Origin: the human T2T-CHM13v2.0 reference genome, Homo sapiens
Assembly (NCBI RefSeq): GCF_009914755.1
Contig: NC_060927.1
DNA: 64,000 nucleotides
Direction: 5' to 3' (one strand)
Shown here: positions 1 to 16,959 of the stretch, in pieces
How the letters are laid out: every line of letters begins with the position of its first letter
Position numbering within the stretch: position 1 is the stretch's first letter
Made by a program: the position numbers and the translations under genes
The notes under the pieces: generated by a model
What the model was told of the DNA's origin: nothing
Seen by the model: only the letters and a program-made list of their open reading frames with translations
Database searches by the model: none

Positions 1-409
1 AAATCCTAGGTATAGAACAGATTTGACTGTTAAAATGTTTTCAAAATCAAGATCCTGCCTCTTAAAAAAATCCCACTTTATTCAAAACTAGCTACTAGCA
101 GATTCTTTTTTCAATTAGTACATATTTAAAATAAAGAAAAAGAGGAAAGAAACAGTGATTGGTATCCTTTACTACTGATTTGAACAAAGAGAGCAAAGGT
201 GATAATCCTATCACCTCTTACTAGAGAAAATTAAACAACAAGAATACACAGTTATACCCAGGGCACTAAAATAGAACACAAAGACTTAAAAGTCTCCTAC
301 CTTCAAGGAATTTTATAAAGCTAATGGGGAAGATAAGAAAAACTAAAATATTTTCTAGTTTATATTTTAGTTTCTGATCTCATGGAAAACTAAATCTATG
401 TTTAAAAAA

Positions 410-706
<297 letters not shown>

Positions 707-1839
707 TAAAGATTAAAAACCAGACTGATGTCACAAGACAGCAAAAAGCCATCAAATCAAAACTGCTCTAGAAGGTCAGAGAATTAAAGCTGGAGTGGCC
801 AAGGGAAGTTTTGAAGATAAGCTGCTTGGTACAGAGAAGGAGGCAATAAATGTTATGTAAGAATAAACTGAGATTTGAGCTGGTTCCTGAAGGATGGGTG
901 GATATGAATGGTTGAAACGAAAGAGAAAAGTTTCTAGGAAGGTAGGGCCACCATAAGCAAAAGGATGGCTGGGAAACACCTGAAGGTGCTTGAGTTTGGC
1001 AAATCTTGATGCAGGAAAGGGGAGTTAGACACCAGCATGATAACTCTCAGAGTGAAATAACTTCTTTGTCCTCTCTGATCTCCTCCTCCTCCAGCTCTGC
1101 CTAAAACTCAGTTTCTTGGCTGTGTCCAAGCAAAGCTTGGGTGGCCATCTCTCAGGAATGCTAGAGGTGGAATTTCATCTTAGCAGAAAGACTAAAAACC
1201 CTTAAAAGAAGGGATGTAGCCTTCCAACCCTGTGATTCTTCGAGGAGGCTGTGAATATCAGATGAAGGAGTCTGGATTTTAGCCTCCAAGCCATGGAGTT
1301 GGGGGGCTGTGCCACTGGAACGAAAATGTTTTTGAGGAAGGTTTGTTGTCCTCCTCCTCCCCACACAAAATGTTGATTAGAAAACAAATTCCTATATAAA
1401 AGACCCCAACTTATATGATAGTATGCAATTGCCTCATTTCACTTTATTCACTTTTGAGATTCAAATGGCTTTATTTCTAAGACTCAGTTCAAGTTTCAGA
1501 CATGCACACATTCTCTCCTATGGGCAAAGAGTCCTACATATGAGACTTCTAGGACAATGAAATATACATAAGGCGAGGCCTCCATGGACACTTTCTGATT
1601 TAGGCTGAAGTATTCTTTGACATGCATTAGAGACATACAGAGGTAAACCCCTAAAGGTGCCAGGTCTGGAGAGCTATTCTGCCCTCTTGTTTTGAAACAC
1701 TTTCCCCACTGCTTGGTGTGTGGTAGCAGACCAGTCTTAGTCATAAAGACAGTTCTCATGAAGCACCACTTTAGGGTTGTGAAATTACTCAAGAAAAAAA
1801 ATGTGACTTGACTCAAGTGACTGCTGGATTTAAATTTAC

Positions 1840-1902
1840 CTTTTTTGCTAATTTCAAGTCTTCTATCAAGTCTTCTTCTCCTTGGGAAAGCTCAAAGATC
1901 GC
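1840..1902 (-). CDS. ARHGEF3: ARHGEF3 coding exon at the start of the DH (RhoGEF) domain (AIFELSQGEEDLIEDLKLAKK)
   Basis: Acceptor ttgcag|GCG, 63 nt, donor AAG|gtaaat; with the previous exon gives KRQEAIFEL..E, typical of DH helix 1. Confidence 0.96.
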
Positions 1903-3316
1903 CTGCAAGGAAAGATAAACATATTCACTGAATTCTCCCTTCATTTACAAGACCATATTCAAATAGTGCTGGCTCCACCACTCAAAACCCCAAATTTACG
2001 TATTTAAGTATTTTAAGTTACGTTAACCTGAAGCAAATGCATCTATGCTTAAACCTGCAATGAAAAGATATTGCAAAACTGCTGCATATTGTGCTTCTCT
2101 GTTTGTGGGAGAAAGTTTCTACACATTTCTAGTCCAAAAAGTCATCTTTCATGTTACAGAACTTTGATGCAGCTGAACAAGAGGGAACTATTTTAGGTAA
2201 AATAATTACAGTGTGAGCCATGGATTTGGTACCCTTGTTGTGAGAGGCCATCATAAGAAGTGATTCAGAGGCTCTTCTAGATAATGGATGTGGCAGTATT
2301 ATTAACTGGGCCATCCCCACTTTTTCTTCTACTCGACAGAAGGCGAATCTCAGCAGAAAGTTTTATTTGTATTATCCACTGCCTTGAGGCTGAGATTGTA
2401 GGAAGAATCCAACATTTTATCACTCCAAATACAACCTGGTGAAGTTAATTCATTCTAAACCACTTCTCAGCCCCACAGGTACAACAAATAAAATTATAGG
2501 CGCTGGCTGTGTGGAAGAGTAGGTAAATGGACCGTTTCTAATTTGGCTCTATTAAGCCATCATGCTAAAGAGCTATGATGCACAGAACACTCTTTCACTT
2601 CCATCTGGGAAGTCAAACTGTCAGCAAACATTACATTATTAAAGGAGTACAAGTTTGTAACGATATTTCAGGGTCTACTGTGTTTCAGGATATAGGGAAA
2701 CAGCGGTCAGGCTTTGAAAGCTCCCTCCACCTGGGGCTGCTTGGTAAACTGAGGACAAAGCAGGTGGAGGCACAACCCTGAGCTGGATACTCCAAGGATC
2801 TCATCAGATGATGCACACATGAAGTGCTCAGCACAGCCTGGCACAAGCACTTAAACAAGCTCTTCTATACAGGGTAATATTATCAGAGTCATTTAGGGCA
2901 ACTGATACAGAAAACTTACCGGGAATGAAATTAACTGGATTCTATAGAAAGGAAGTTTTCCATGAAGCTGAATCAAAGCTATGTAAACTAAATATTTTAA
3001 AATAGTCTATAAGTTGCTAACAAAATATAACTAAAATGATTATTTTTGTGAACTTCAGAATCCTAAATAGACACTTGGTTTCATCTTCTTGTAAATTCAT
3101 ATTTTCACATCAGTTTCTTTTTAAAGTGGGGGCCACACCCTCCCAGCTGGTTTCTGGTTTCTCAGTTCCTTCCCCAAGGTCAGACACTCTTGTTTATCCT
3201 TCTGCAAACGCAATGAAGAATTGATTTGGAGACTAAGGCGCAAATTCCAGCATGGCTGACGCTGCAATGCACCTTTGTTCCAGACACACAGCCAGCTCCA
3301 TGGGCCCCGAGCCTAC

Positions 3317-3487
3317 CTCCTGACGTTTGATTTCCTTGGATGTAAGCATCTGATTGACGCACACATCGAAGGTCTCACTCCACAGCTTGCTATCTCTCCG
3401 TTTCGTGCTCGAGGGGGCGGCATTTCTGGACCAGGGTCGGGGGGCGAGGATGTCAGGGCGGCTCTCACTGCGGAAGCTAATGGAGCG
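3317..3487 (-). CDS. ARHGEF3: ARHGEF3 coding exon (RSISFRSESRPDILAPRPWSRNAAPSSTKRRDSKLWSETFDVCVNQMLTSKEIKRQE)
   Basis: Acceptor tttag|CGC, 171 nt, donor GAG|gtaggc; CpG-retaining coding sequence leading into the DH domain. Confidence 0.97.
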
Positions 3488-3849
3488 CTAAACAATGAGA
3501 AAAACAAACCATCACGGGGGCAGCGGCAGGACTGGGTGGATCTTTGAGCAGTTTCCTGTCGTTGACGGAACATAAATCATATATGTGAAAGAAAAAGAGG
3601 ACATTGCCACAAGGCCTTTGGGAAGTGGGGCATTGTCTTGAGCCTACGTGCTAAGGAAAATTGGACAGGGGGCTGCTTTGGAACATGTGCTGGGAGTATC
3701 TGTTCTGTGTGACCTGGATACCAAGTGGACTATAGTGCAAGCACATATCAGGCCAAACTCACGCATGAAGGCAGTTCTTGGATACGTGATGAGCTCTACT
3801 TTTTTCCAGTGGACATCTCCCCTCTTTAAAAGAACCAGAGATAACAATA

Positions 3850-4368
3850 GTGGATGGCCTTTATTTATTCAAACATTTGGCCAGTACTCCTACTCTCCTC
3901 CTTCTATAAATAGAATCCCACTAACTTTGGGTATCCTATTACATATAGTTTTGGTGGGCACCCCCAGACCTGACCAATAGAGTATTCCACCATCCTAGTT
4001 CAGGGATGGGCATGTGATTCCCTGAAATTTGTCACATGAGTTACGGGAGAGAGGAGGAAAGAGTATTCCTTTGGGATTGTGAGTTCAAGAGAGAACACAA
4101 GCAGGGCCTTCCAGCAGCAACTCTCCCTAGTTACACAGAAGCATCTGTCTGCTACAGGAGAGAATAAAGAGACCCAGAATGAAGGATGGAGTGACCAATG
4201 GAGGCAGGAAGGGAGCAAGCTTTACCAATACTGCTTGAGCCTCTGGATCCCACTGTGCCTGAAACCAGAAAGAACCACCCTTAGACATTTTCATTACATA
4301 TAGAAAGACATTTCCCTTTCTATTATCTCAGTTGGGGTTCTGTCAACTTGAAAAGTCCTGACTAATAC
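3850..4368 (+). mobile_element. Old ERVL-type solo LTR (LTR16/LTR33-like)
   Basis: Ends ...gtcctgactaataca; internal gagcctctggatcc..tgcctgaa resembles the recalled LTR16/33 3' part. Confidence 0.55.
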
Positions 4369-4881
4369 ACATACTAAATACCATCTTTGCAGCACATGAT
4401 TCCTGTCCCTGAGGTATTTTCCTATTTCCCAAAGAGGCCGCAGAAGTCCACCTGTGTGACTTAAACATGCTACCAAAATGCTTTTCATGACAAATACAAA
4501 TGATCCAGAAGAAAGCTGAGTGCATCATTTTCAGTCTTCATCCTAGAAGATTTCATCACACTTATTGGAGACTTTGCCAAAGCAATGAGGTTGCTGTGCT
4601 CCAAAACCACATTGTTATTTAGGAAGTGTTCCCTGCCATGGCTCTCTGTGGCCTTCAGCAGGAAGTTTCAACTCCTCATCTTGGCACAGGAAGTCTCTTG
4701 TAATCTGACCACAGTCTCCATATTTAGGATCCCATCCTGCCACTCATCCATGAGCCTCCATTTCTCCAACCATACTAGGCTATCTGTCATTCCCTAAATA
4801 TGTCATGCTTTGCCATCCCTCTGTACTCCCTTCAAACAATCTTCTCTTCCTGGAATGTGTTTCCATCACTTCATAGCTGGC

Positions 4882-5184
4882 TTTTTTTTTTTTTTTTTTT
4901 TTTGAGACAGAGTCTTGCTCTGTCGCCCAGGCTGGAGTACAGTGGTGCGATCTCGGCTCACTGCAAGCCCCGCCTCCTGGGTTCACGCCACTCTCTTGCT
5001 TCAGCCTCCTGAGTAGCTGGGCCTACAGGCGCCCGCCACCACGCCCGGCTAATTTTTTGTATTTTCAGTAGAGACAGGGTTTCACCATGTTAGCCAGGAT
5101 GCTCTCGATTTCCTGACCTCGTGATCCGCCCGCCTCGGCCTCCCGAAGTGCTGGAATTACAGGCATGAGCCACTGTGTCCGGCC
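4882..5184 (-). mobile_element. AluY
   Basis: Full dimer with Y diagnostics; TSD atagctggct; flanks look L2-like. Confidence 0.92.
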
Positions 5185-5526
5185 ATAGCTGGCTAACTCT
5201 TAACTGCCCTCGGGATGTAACTCAAACAGCACCTCCTCTAAGAAGTCTTCACCAACATTCTCCCATCCTCCTCCCCCAGAGCAATTCAGACATACTTCTG
5301 ATATAGCAATGATCATACTTGATTATAATTATTGGTCACCTGCTCTTAACTAGAAACTTCCTGAGGTCAGGAATTGAATTTGCTTATGACATATGAGCCT
5401 TCATCACAAAGGCATTCTAAGGTAGTTCCCAGTTATTTTGAGATTCAACAATAAAATTCCAGAAAGTAAAGAAAAATTTTAAAAGGAACTATTCAACATA
5501 AGGGCATTGTTAAATAAGTTGTAAGT

Positions 5527-5854
<328 letters not shown>

Positions 5855-6028
5855 CTAGACAATTCAGAGATAATTTAAAATGTAAACACCCCTTCTATGT
5901 AGCCTAAAATAAAATCAGGATTAAAAATCTATATGTGAACATTTTATAGTTATGCAAAAAATGCACATGAGCAAAGATATAAAGGGAACATCACAAAATT
6001 CTATTGTTGTTTCATGTTGACATTATGA

Positions 6029-6323
<295 letters not shown>

Positions 6324-6327
6324 TCTA

Positions 6328-6768
<441 letters not shown>

Positions 6769-7460
6769 TTAAAAAAATATATATAGATATATATGTAAGA
6801 ATAAATGAAAAATGTAAAAAGAAACTTCCAAAGAGCTTCAGGGTATTACCACAACCTTCTGGAAGCAGGACGCTCACTCTGCAAGTAGCAACACAAGCCC
6901 CTTAGGCTGGCACAAGTAGTGGGGGTGCTCCTGGGCTCACTAATGAGCTCATGATGGCTGGACCAGCCCTATGCAGGTCAAGAAAGTACTTGCACCAAAT
7001 ACACAGTTCACTAATGGTATCTTACAAATCCTTGTGATCTCTTAAAAACAGTCCCTTGTAAAGAGTAACCAGGAACTAAATGCACACAGATCGCCAGCAC
7101 TCGGAATCAATTAGCCACAAGCATTAAAAGGTCAAAACAAGTGCAGTGAGTCATTAAGTAACTTGCTCAACCCAGTTTGCAGTTCTGATGGCAGCTGAGT
7201 TAAGAATTAAAGAGCAGAAAGAAAGGAAACACACACAAAAACTTCAAAATGAAAGTTTCCACTTTCACTTGAGAGAATCAACCTCCTATCCTGTTATATT
7301 TTCAGTCCTTGGCTAACTTTAAACTCCCCCTACCAGTTTGAAAATAATGTATGCTAACTTTAAATTCTCATACATTACAAAAGTATATAAAATTAAGTAC
7401 AAATGCCCTCATTTCCCCAAGTCTATCTCCTAGAAGTAACAACTGTTAAGTTTGTTCTAG

Positions 7461-7804
<344 letters not shown>

Positions 7805-7864
7805 GAGAATGTTTTCTCTTTCTACTTGACAGTATCTTGAGGTGAAATTTACATAACTCAATTA

Positions 7865-8700
<836 letters not shown>

Positions 8701-8889
8701 TTAATTTATTTAAAAATTTCCCAGAGAGTTGGAGATTGTCTTCTGCTGCGGCATGGGAAAAAAGAGAGCAGTAAGCTGTACTAGGTGAGCTCTACCACTA
8801 TGAATTTCTTGCTTTGCGTTTCCCTAGTGATTGCTGGGCTCAGGGTACTATGGGGGATATCACAGAGGGTCTTTTATGCGCTTTGCCTA

Positions 8890-9040
8890 CACGTAGCACT
8901 TCTGATATATTCTCTCTGATTCTCACAACCACCCTGCAAGTTGGGGGTTTATTCCCATTCTACTGAGGAGGAAACTGAGGTTGAGGGAGGCTAAGATTCA
9001 AAACCAGATCTGGTTCCAACAGAGCCTGAGCTCTTTCTAC
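8890..9040 (-). mobile_element. MIR
   Basis: MIR core cccattctactgaggaggaaactgagg. Confidence 0.65.
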
Positions 9041-9324
9041 TTTGGGGACTGCATCTACTGTTTACATGCAAGACATGCATTTTGGGGAAGTTTCAATGAG
9101 ATGGGATCCAGCTCCTGCCTTCTAGGAATATAAATCTACTTAAGGAAAGAGAGAGAATACATTTGCTCAGTTTTAGGAATAATGGCTGATATCTGACCAA
9201 TCAAATTTCAAATTTACACCTTTAATTAGGCTGGATTAAAAGAAACATTTTTTCTTACTCCACTCAGAAGGGACTGGATGTTGAAAGAAGAATCCCAAGG
9301 GAGGAATAAAGAATGCCAACCATT

Positions 9325-9460
9325 TGTCCAGGTGAGGTTACTGACACCTGTAAGTCTAGCAATTTGACAGGCTGAGATGGGAGGATTACCTGAGGCCAGG
9401 AGTTTGAAACCAGCCTGGGCAATGTAGCAAGACCCTGTCTCTATAAAAAAGAATAATAAT
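9325..9460 (+). mobile_element. FLAM / Alu monomer
   Basis: Diverged left arm with A-rich tail. Confidence 0.75.
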
Positions 9461-9959
9461 AAAAGAATACCAAACCAGTGAGTGGTCAGCAGCCATCTGG
9501 CCCCGGGGAAAAGGGGCAGCAGCTGGTCTGGTCTGGGGACAGCACATGGGTGATGGGCAGGTGTTCATAACAGCACTGACCACATACCATGAGCTACCCC
9601 TGAACCCATCATCAGTACCACTGGGAAAAACTACATGAGAGAACTAGAGTTGAGGGAGGAACAGGCAACTACTACTAGAAGAAAAAAACTCCAAGAGGAT
9701 GCCTCTTTAGAGAGAAGAACAGCCACATCCCTATCAGCATCCCTGCCACTGTCCATCTACACACCCTCTGCCCTTCTCTTTTTTTTTTATATTCAACATG
9801 TGCTGTATTTATAGGTTTGTTTGTTTCTTTCATGTCTATTTCCTTCCAATAGAAGGTAAACTCCTTGAAGGCAGGCATATCTACCTCCTCTATTCACTGA
9901 TGGATTCATCAGCAACTGATATAGTAAGACCTCAACAACTTTTGCTTAATGATTAAATG

Positions 9960-10120
9960 TTATGCTTGCTATGTGCTGGGCACTGTGAGGGGAGCTTTAG
10001 AGCCCTGCTTATCTGAGAGGTAAGGATTCTGTCCCCTTTACAGACAAGGAAACTTGAGGCTCAGAGAAGGTGACACTTTGCTGAAGGTCACACAGCTAAT
10101 GAATGGTGCTTTATTATTTA
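9960..10120 (-). mobile_element. MIR
   Basis: Core tttacagacaaggaaacttgaggctcagag..aaggtcacacagctaa. Confidence 0.7.
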
Positions 10121-10297
10121 AAACCCGGTGGTAAGGTGACTGTCAGAATGACAATCCAAGTCTGGTCTATTTCAGGCCAACCTCCCTGCCCCAATATTTA
10201 ACCAATATCCTACCCTAATTGCCCTAGGATAAGATTCATAGTGTAGCGGGGTACATGTGCCCAAATAAATGAACTGTAGTTTACTTCTTGGCCTGTA

Positions 10298-10495
10298 GAA
10301 AGTTTCTCAACCTGGCCACCACAACATTTTGGATTAGAGATTCTTTATTGTGGGAGGCTCTCCTGTGCATTGTAGGATATTTCGCATCATCTTTGCCCTC
10401 TAACCACCAGATGCCAGCAGCACAGCCAGCCCAGTTATGACAACCAAAACACCTCCAGACATTGCCAAATGTTCCTGGGGTGAGAAATGCCAGTC
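10298..10495 (-). mobile_element. MER20 (hAT-Charlie MITE)
   Basis: Matches recalled MER20 consensus (tttctcaacc..ctccagacattgccaaatg). Confidence 0.85.
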
Positions 10496-12049
10496 CACGG
10501 TAACTAGAAGAGGCCCACCTCAAAGTGAGGGACCTGGCCTTGGGCAGGACCACATAAAAACAGAAGCACATACATAGATCTCCCTGGGTGTGGGGATGCT
10601 GGGACCGGAGTGAAAAATATTCCAGGACAAGCAAGAGTTTCCATGAGGGAATCTGGCCTAGCAAATGAGTCAAAAACTGCAATCTCATAATTGCTGGCAG
10701 CTAAAACAACAATGACCATAAAACAGAGATAATGCAGATTGAGGAAATGGTGCTCAAGTTTATGCCCAAGCTGGATATGTGGAAAAGATGCTGCAGATGC
10801 AAAACAGACTGTCTGCCGGGGGTTGGGGGACGGGGGTGGCATGTGCGCTTTACACGTGTCAGAGGAAATGTAAACCCAGCAGGTAGACATGATGGGACAG
10901 ATCTGATTTGTTAATGCCGCCTGTTCAGCGGAGTCCTCCCTTGCCCTTTTCCAAAAACCATTTTCCACAGCCACAGATAACATGCTCCAATAAAGTATTC
11001 AAGCCAAGGAAATTCTCCACACTTACCATGCTAACCATATTGCTATTTTGTAGCAGATGGTTTATTATCAGGGATTGGAGGTTGGGGTGGGACTGTAAGA
11101 GGAAAAAACTCTCCTATGTTGCCACTGCGGTGGGTTAAACCAAAATGTACAGCAATAATGGCCAGGACAGGAAAATGTTAACCAACAGCATCCTGGAGGA
11201 GTCTCCTATGAGGCTCCATTACAGAAATTAATGTTAAGTGAGAAGTAACACTTCCCAGCTGTGTGGTCTCTGTCACATTTGACCCTCATGCTAATCCTAG
11301 GAGAGGATGAGTAATTTGAGTAGCAGAGTGGTAAGTGAGTGGCACAAGTTAAGTGTTGGAATAGGAACTGAGTGCAATTGTTTGACTCCAAAACATGGAT
11401 TTGGGTGAAGAACATAGGCTTTGGAGTAAAACAGGCATGGCTTCAAGTTGATTCAATGGCTGAGAGACCTTTCATCTCTCTGGGTCTCAGTTTCCTCATC
11501 TCTAAAAGGTGCATAATAATAAGTACCTCACAAAGTTGTAGTGAGGATTGGATAAGATAAAGTACACAAGAGGCTTGGCCAAGTCCCTGGCACTCGGTCA
11601 GCAGGAATGGTAGTTACCTATCATTGTCATACCACAGACCACACTGCCACTATTAGTGCTTGTTTATACGTGCTTTCATTCATTAGCAAACAGCAGACAC
11701 ATCTTTCTGAACTACCTGGGCCAAATGGCTCCTAGAGGGACTTCCATTAGGATAACTCCTAGGGAAAGAAAAGCCCTCAGCAGGACACTGTTGTTTATAA
11801 AAGATCTGGAAACAGCCTAAAATGTTCTACAATAGGGATTAAACAAATTACTCTGCAACAATAAAAGGGAACCTTAAACAGTTGTTAAGAAACATTCTTT
11901 TTGAGAAAAGCTTAATGATAAGGAGAGAGCCTCACATGCAGAGTTAAGTGAGAGAAGAAAGATCCCAATTTGAAATACAACAAAATGTTAACAAGGTTTA
12001 CACCCCTGGATGGTGGGACTACGGATAATTTTTGTTTTCTTTTTAAAAT

Positions 12050-12209
12050 TTTATTTATTTTTAATTTTTTGATTTGATTTTATTTTTTTTTGTAGAGACA
12101 GGGCCTTACTATATTGCCCAGGCTAGTCTTGAACTCCCGGCCTCAAGCAATCCTCTTGTTTCAGCCTCACAAAGTGATGGAATTACAGGTGTGAGCCACT
12201 GCACCTGGC
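12050..12209 (-). mobile_element. FLAM_C-like Alu monomer
   Basis: Single left arm with T-rich tail. Confidence 0.8.
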
Positions 12210-13074
12210 TGATTTTTATTTTCATCTTTTAATTCTCTACATTTATTTTCCAGACTTTCTTTAATGAAGAAATATTAACTAAGAAGAAACACGGTCAGTT
12301 GACGAACATGAAAGACAATGAACACTGAGTTAGAAATGGTGCAATAAACATAAAACCACATATTTACAATCTGATTCAGATTGATGCACATTAAAACCAT
12401 GGTAAAAGGGCACCCAATTAATTCATAATCAATAAATGTCAAACCTCAAAGACCCAGTACAACAAGAAACCCTTCTGTAGCTTGGAGATATTCTGAGTAG
12501 AATGAATGAAAAGCTGAAGAAAATATTTGGCTTAGGTGTAGAGAAAATATTATACAATTTGCATAGTGCAAGTCCAAAATTAGGAAGGCTTCCAGAGGCT
12601 TGGGGCAGTAGCTCAACCATCTTCATTGGGCACCATAAAATGGCTTTTGCATGAGAATGTTAATGACAAGATATTCCACAAGCTGAAATGGAAATGATGA
12701 CTCTCCCTGCCACAGAAGGTGAACAGCAGTGAGGTGGGATGCTCCAACTCAAAAGTCTGGTGACTATTTTTAAATCCTGCCAAACTTCAGGCTTTATTAT
12801 GACCAAACTTTGACTTTTTGTGATAAGCCTACGGCAGGAGAGGCACTCTGAACACCCTACGGAATCCCAGCTCTGGCACTTACCAGCTGTGTGACCTTGG
12901 GTACAATTTTAAACTTTCAGATCTCTCCCTATAAGTGGTGATGAATCCTATCTTGCAGAGTTTTGGAGAAGACGATATGAGGCCATGAACATAAGGTACT
13001 TTGTGCAGAACGTGGTTCATCATAGATACTACACTAATGAGTGTTATTACTAAATAGAAAATGACAAGCTTTAA

Positions 13075-13392
<318 letters not shown>

Positions 13393-13527
13393 CAATATCA
13401 ACTATTTACAGTGGCTTCCAGGAACAATAAACAGTAATATTCTACCACTCCAGGAATAGTAAAGAACAGCAGAGAATCAGGAGTTCCTCTTGAGATGGAC
13501 TACAGATAACTTGTCAGCTATACTCTC

Positions 13528-13720
13528 CAAGCTTGTCCAACTTGCCTTATTTTGTTGTTGTTCTGTTTGTTTTGTTTTAGGCTTTTAGCAGCCTGAAGCC
13601 ATGGTTTTTAGTTTCTGTTTCCAGTGATAAGCGGAAAAGAGGGATAAGGAAGGGGCTTTACTGGCCCAACCAGAAAGAGAAACTAAGAACCCATGATTAT
13701 ATCCTCTCCCTTGGATACCC
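13528..13720 (-). mobile_element. MER107-like (MER30-related hAT-Charlie MITE)
   Basis: Ends caagcttgtccaac and ttggataccc resemble the termini of the MER30 at 62531; interior matches recalled MER107. Confidence 0.75.
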
Positions 13721-15356
13721 ATTACAAGACAGTCTGGTTTCTGGTTGCTTTCCCTAACACACATGTGCCTTCCACCCCCAAGCTCATCTCCATGTCAGCC
13801 AAATAAGTTAGTTATAGAAAATTTATGACCTTGGACCAAGGGACAAAGTTTGAGGTCCTTGGAGAAGGTAATCATGGTTGCCAGACATGGAAATCAGCAC
13901 ATATGCTTGGGTAATTTCTTACTTATTATTTCTTATATCTAGATGGCATCAGCCATCCCATATTCCCTTCTGAAGCCTGAAACGCTTCCTCCCTTTCATC
14001 CTTATCATCTGTGAGCCATTCCAGGCCCAACCCAAATCCCTCCACCCTTGCTAAGCAGCCTTCCTTGACGACCCCTCAGGCCATTGCTAAACTCTCTCTG
14101 TAGTATATTTTATCATAGAAGATTTTCTAATCTTATTCATTTTTATTTGGTTGCAAAGGTAATACATATTAAAAAATTCAAGTATAACAGAAATATATAA
14201 TGAAAAAATCAATAGTTCCAACTCATTTATTTTCTATTCATTTGTAATTCTTACATACTGGGGAAAAAAGGAGGAGAACACAAAATAAACAAAAGAACTG
14301 CAAAAGTATAATTGTATTCCCAAGAGACAACAGAAAAAAAAAAGAATTTGACGTTCCTGGTTTTTTTTCCCTATCCATATACTAATATGGGTGTATATTA
14401 TCAACTGGGACAGTGGTTTTGAACTTTCCCCCAATTTTCTTCCTCTACTTGCTAATATACCTTAGACAACTTTTATCAAGTAGAACTTTTACAATCTCTA
14501 GAGCAGGACTACCTACCTTTCTGTATTGACTCTCTCCCCATTAAGTCTAGGCAGAATAAATAACACAGTAGATCCAAATAACATTAATGGAGACCACTAA
14601 TTTATCATATGTTCATGCTGCATCTGGGTTGAATAAAATAACTCCCTGATCTAAGGGCCAGAGGATGGAGCAATGAGAGGCAGTGGTTGCTAGAAACCCT
14701 TCTTTGCCATAGCAATACTTCCTGGAGGGGCTACAACTGGGGGAGGGGACACATATTCTCCTTCAGCCCAGTTGAAGAAGATGGGCAGGGCCCCATCACT
14801 GGCAGCCACTGCCAGGCTCTGCAGAGAGCTTAGGAGCAGCAATGGCTGCCTTTTCTAGTCATAACGGTGATAATAATAGCAAGTACTAATTTTTGAGCAC
14901 ATCCTAAGTAATGTGTAGTATTAGGCACTGTGGATACAGAGATAAGTAAGACACCACCTTGGCTTGCATGGAAAACCCAAGGGACCCCTGGGAAGAGCTA
15001 TCTTGAGGGATATCACAGCAAAGAGAAAAACTGTAGCAAAAGAGAAGGAGAAATGTAAGAAGTCTAGATTTAGATGTGAAAACAGAGAAGCAATTCTATC
15101 CAAAACTGACACACATCAAGAACAGAAGCCTTGCCGTATCAACGGCCTTTAGTATTCACACCCTTTGACCAGAATTCCATTTCTAGGAGTATAATCAAAG
15201 GAAAGAAAGAAATACAGACATACACATGATCAGGATGTTGAAAGCACTGTTATCTATAATGATGAAAAAACAGAAACAAATGTTCAACAACAGGAGAGTG
15301 ATTAACTCAACTGTACATTCTTTTGATGAAATGCTTTATGAGTCCATTAAGAATCA

Positions 15357-15499
<143 letters not shown>

Positions 15500-15636
15500 T
15501 CAAGTCTTTGAAAACTACTTAACGACATGAAAAATACTCTTCTATTGTAGAGTTATTTTATACCGTTAAGACCAAAGGGAGTAAAAAAATAGCATATACA
15601 GTGTGATAGTCATTTTGTTTTAAAAAATGCACATGC

Positions 15637-16053
<417 letters not shown>

Positions 16054-16079
16054 TTATGTGCTTCACTATATTTTTCAGT

Positions 16080-16696
<617 letters not shown>

Positions 16697-16959
16697 TCAA
16701 TATTTAAATGATGTTATATTATCAGAAAACAAAGCACAATAGAAGGTAATTTAAAAAAAAAAGGACAAATGCATTAAAAAGATTCAACATAGAGTTATTT
16801 AATATAAAAATATTCACAGCCTAAATATGTGTTAATAGGAGACTGGTTATGTAGAATAATATATACTCAGCCCATAAAGATAATATTTTCCAAGAATAAC
16901 TGTGACATAATACTCCCCCCTAAGCTAGATAAAAACTCCTTGCCCAGCCAAATAACAAA

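Noticed and set aside
3904-3913. Perfect MEF2 motif CTATAAATAG (another at 36915-36924)
   Set aside because: Isolated AT-rich 10-mers, one inside an LTR relic; no supporting context
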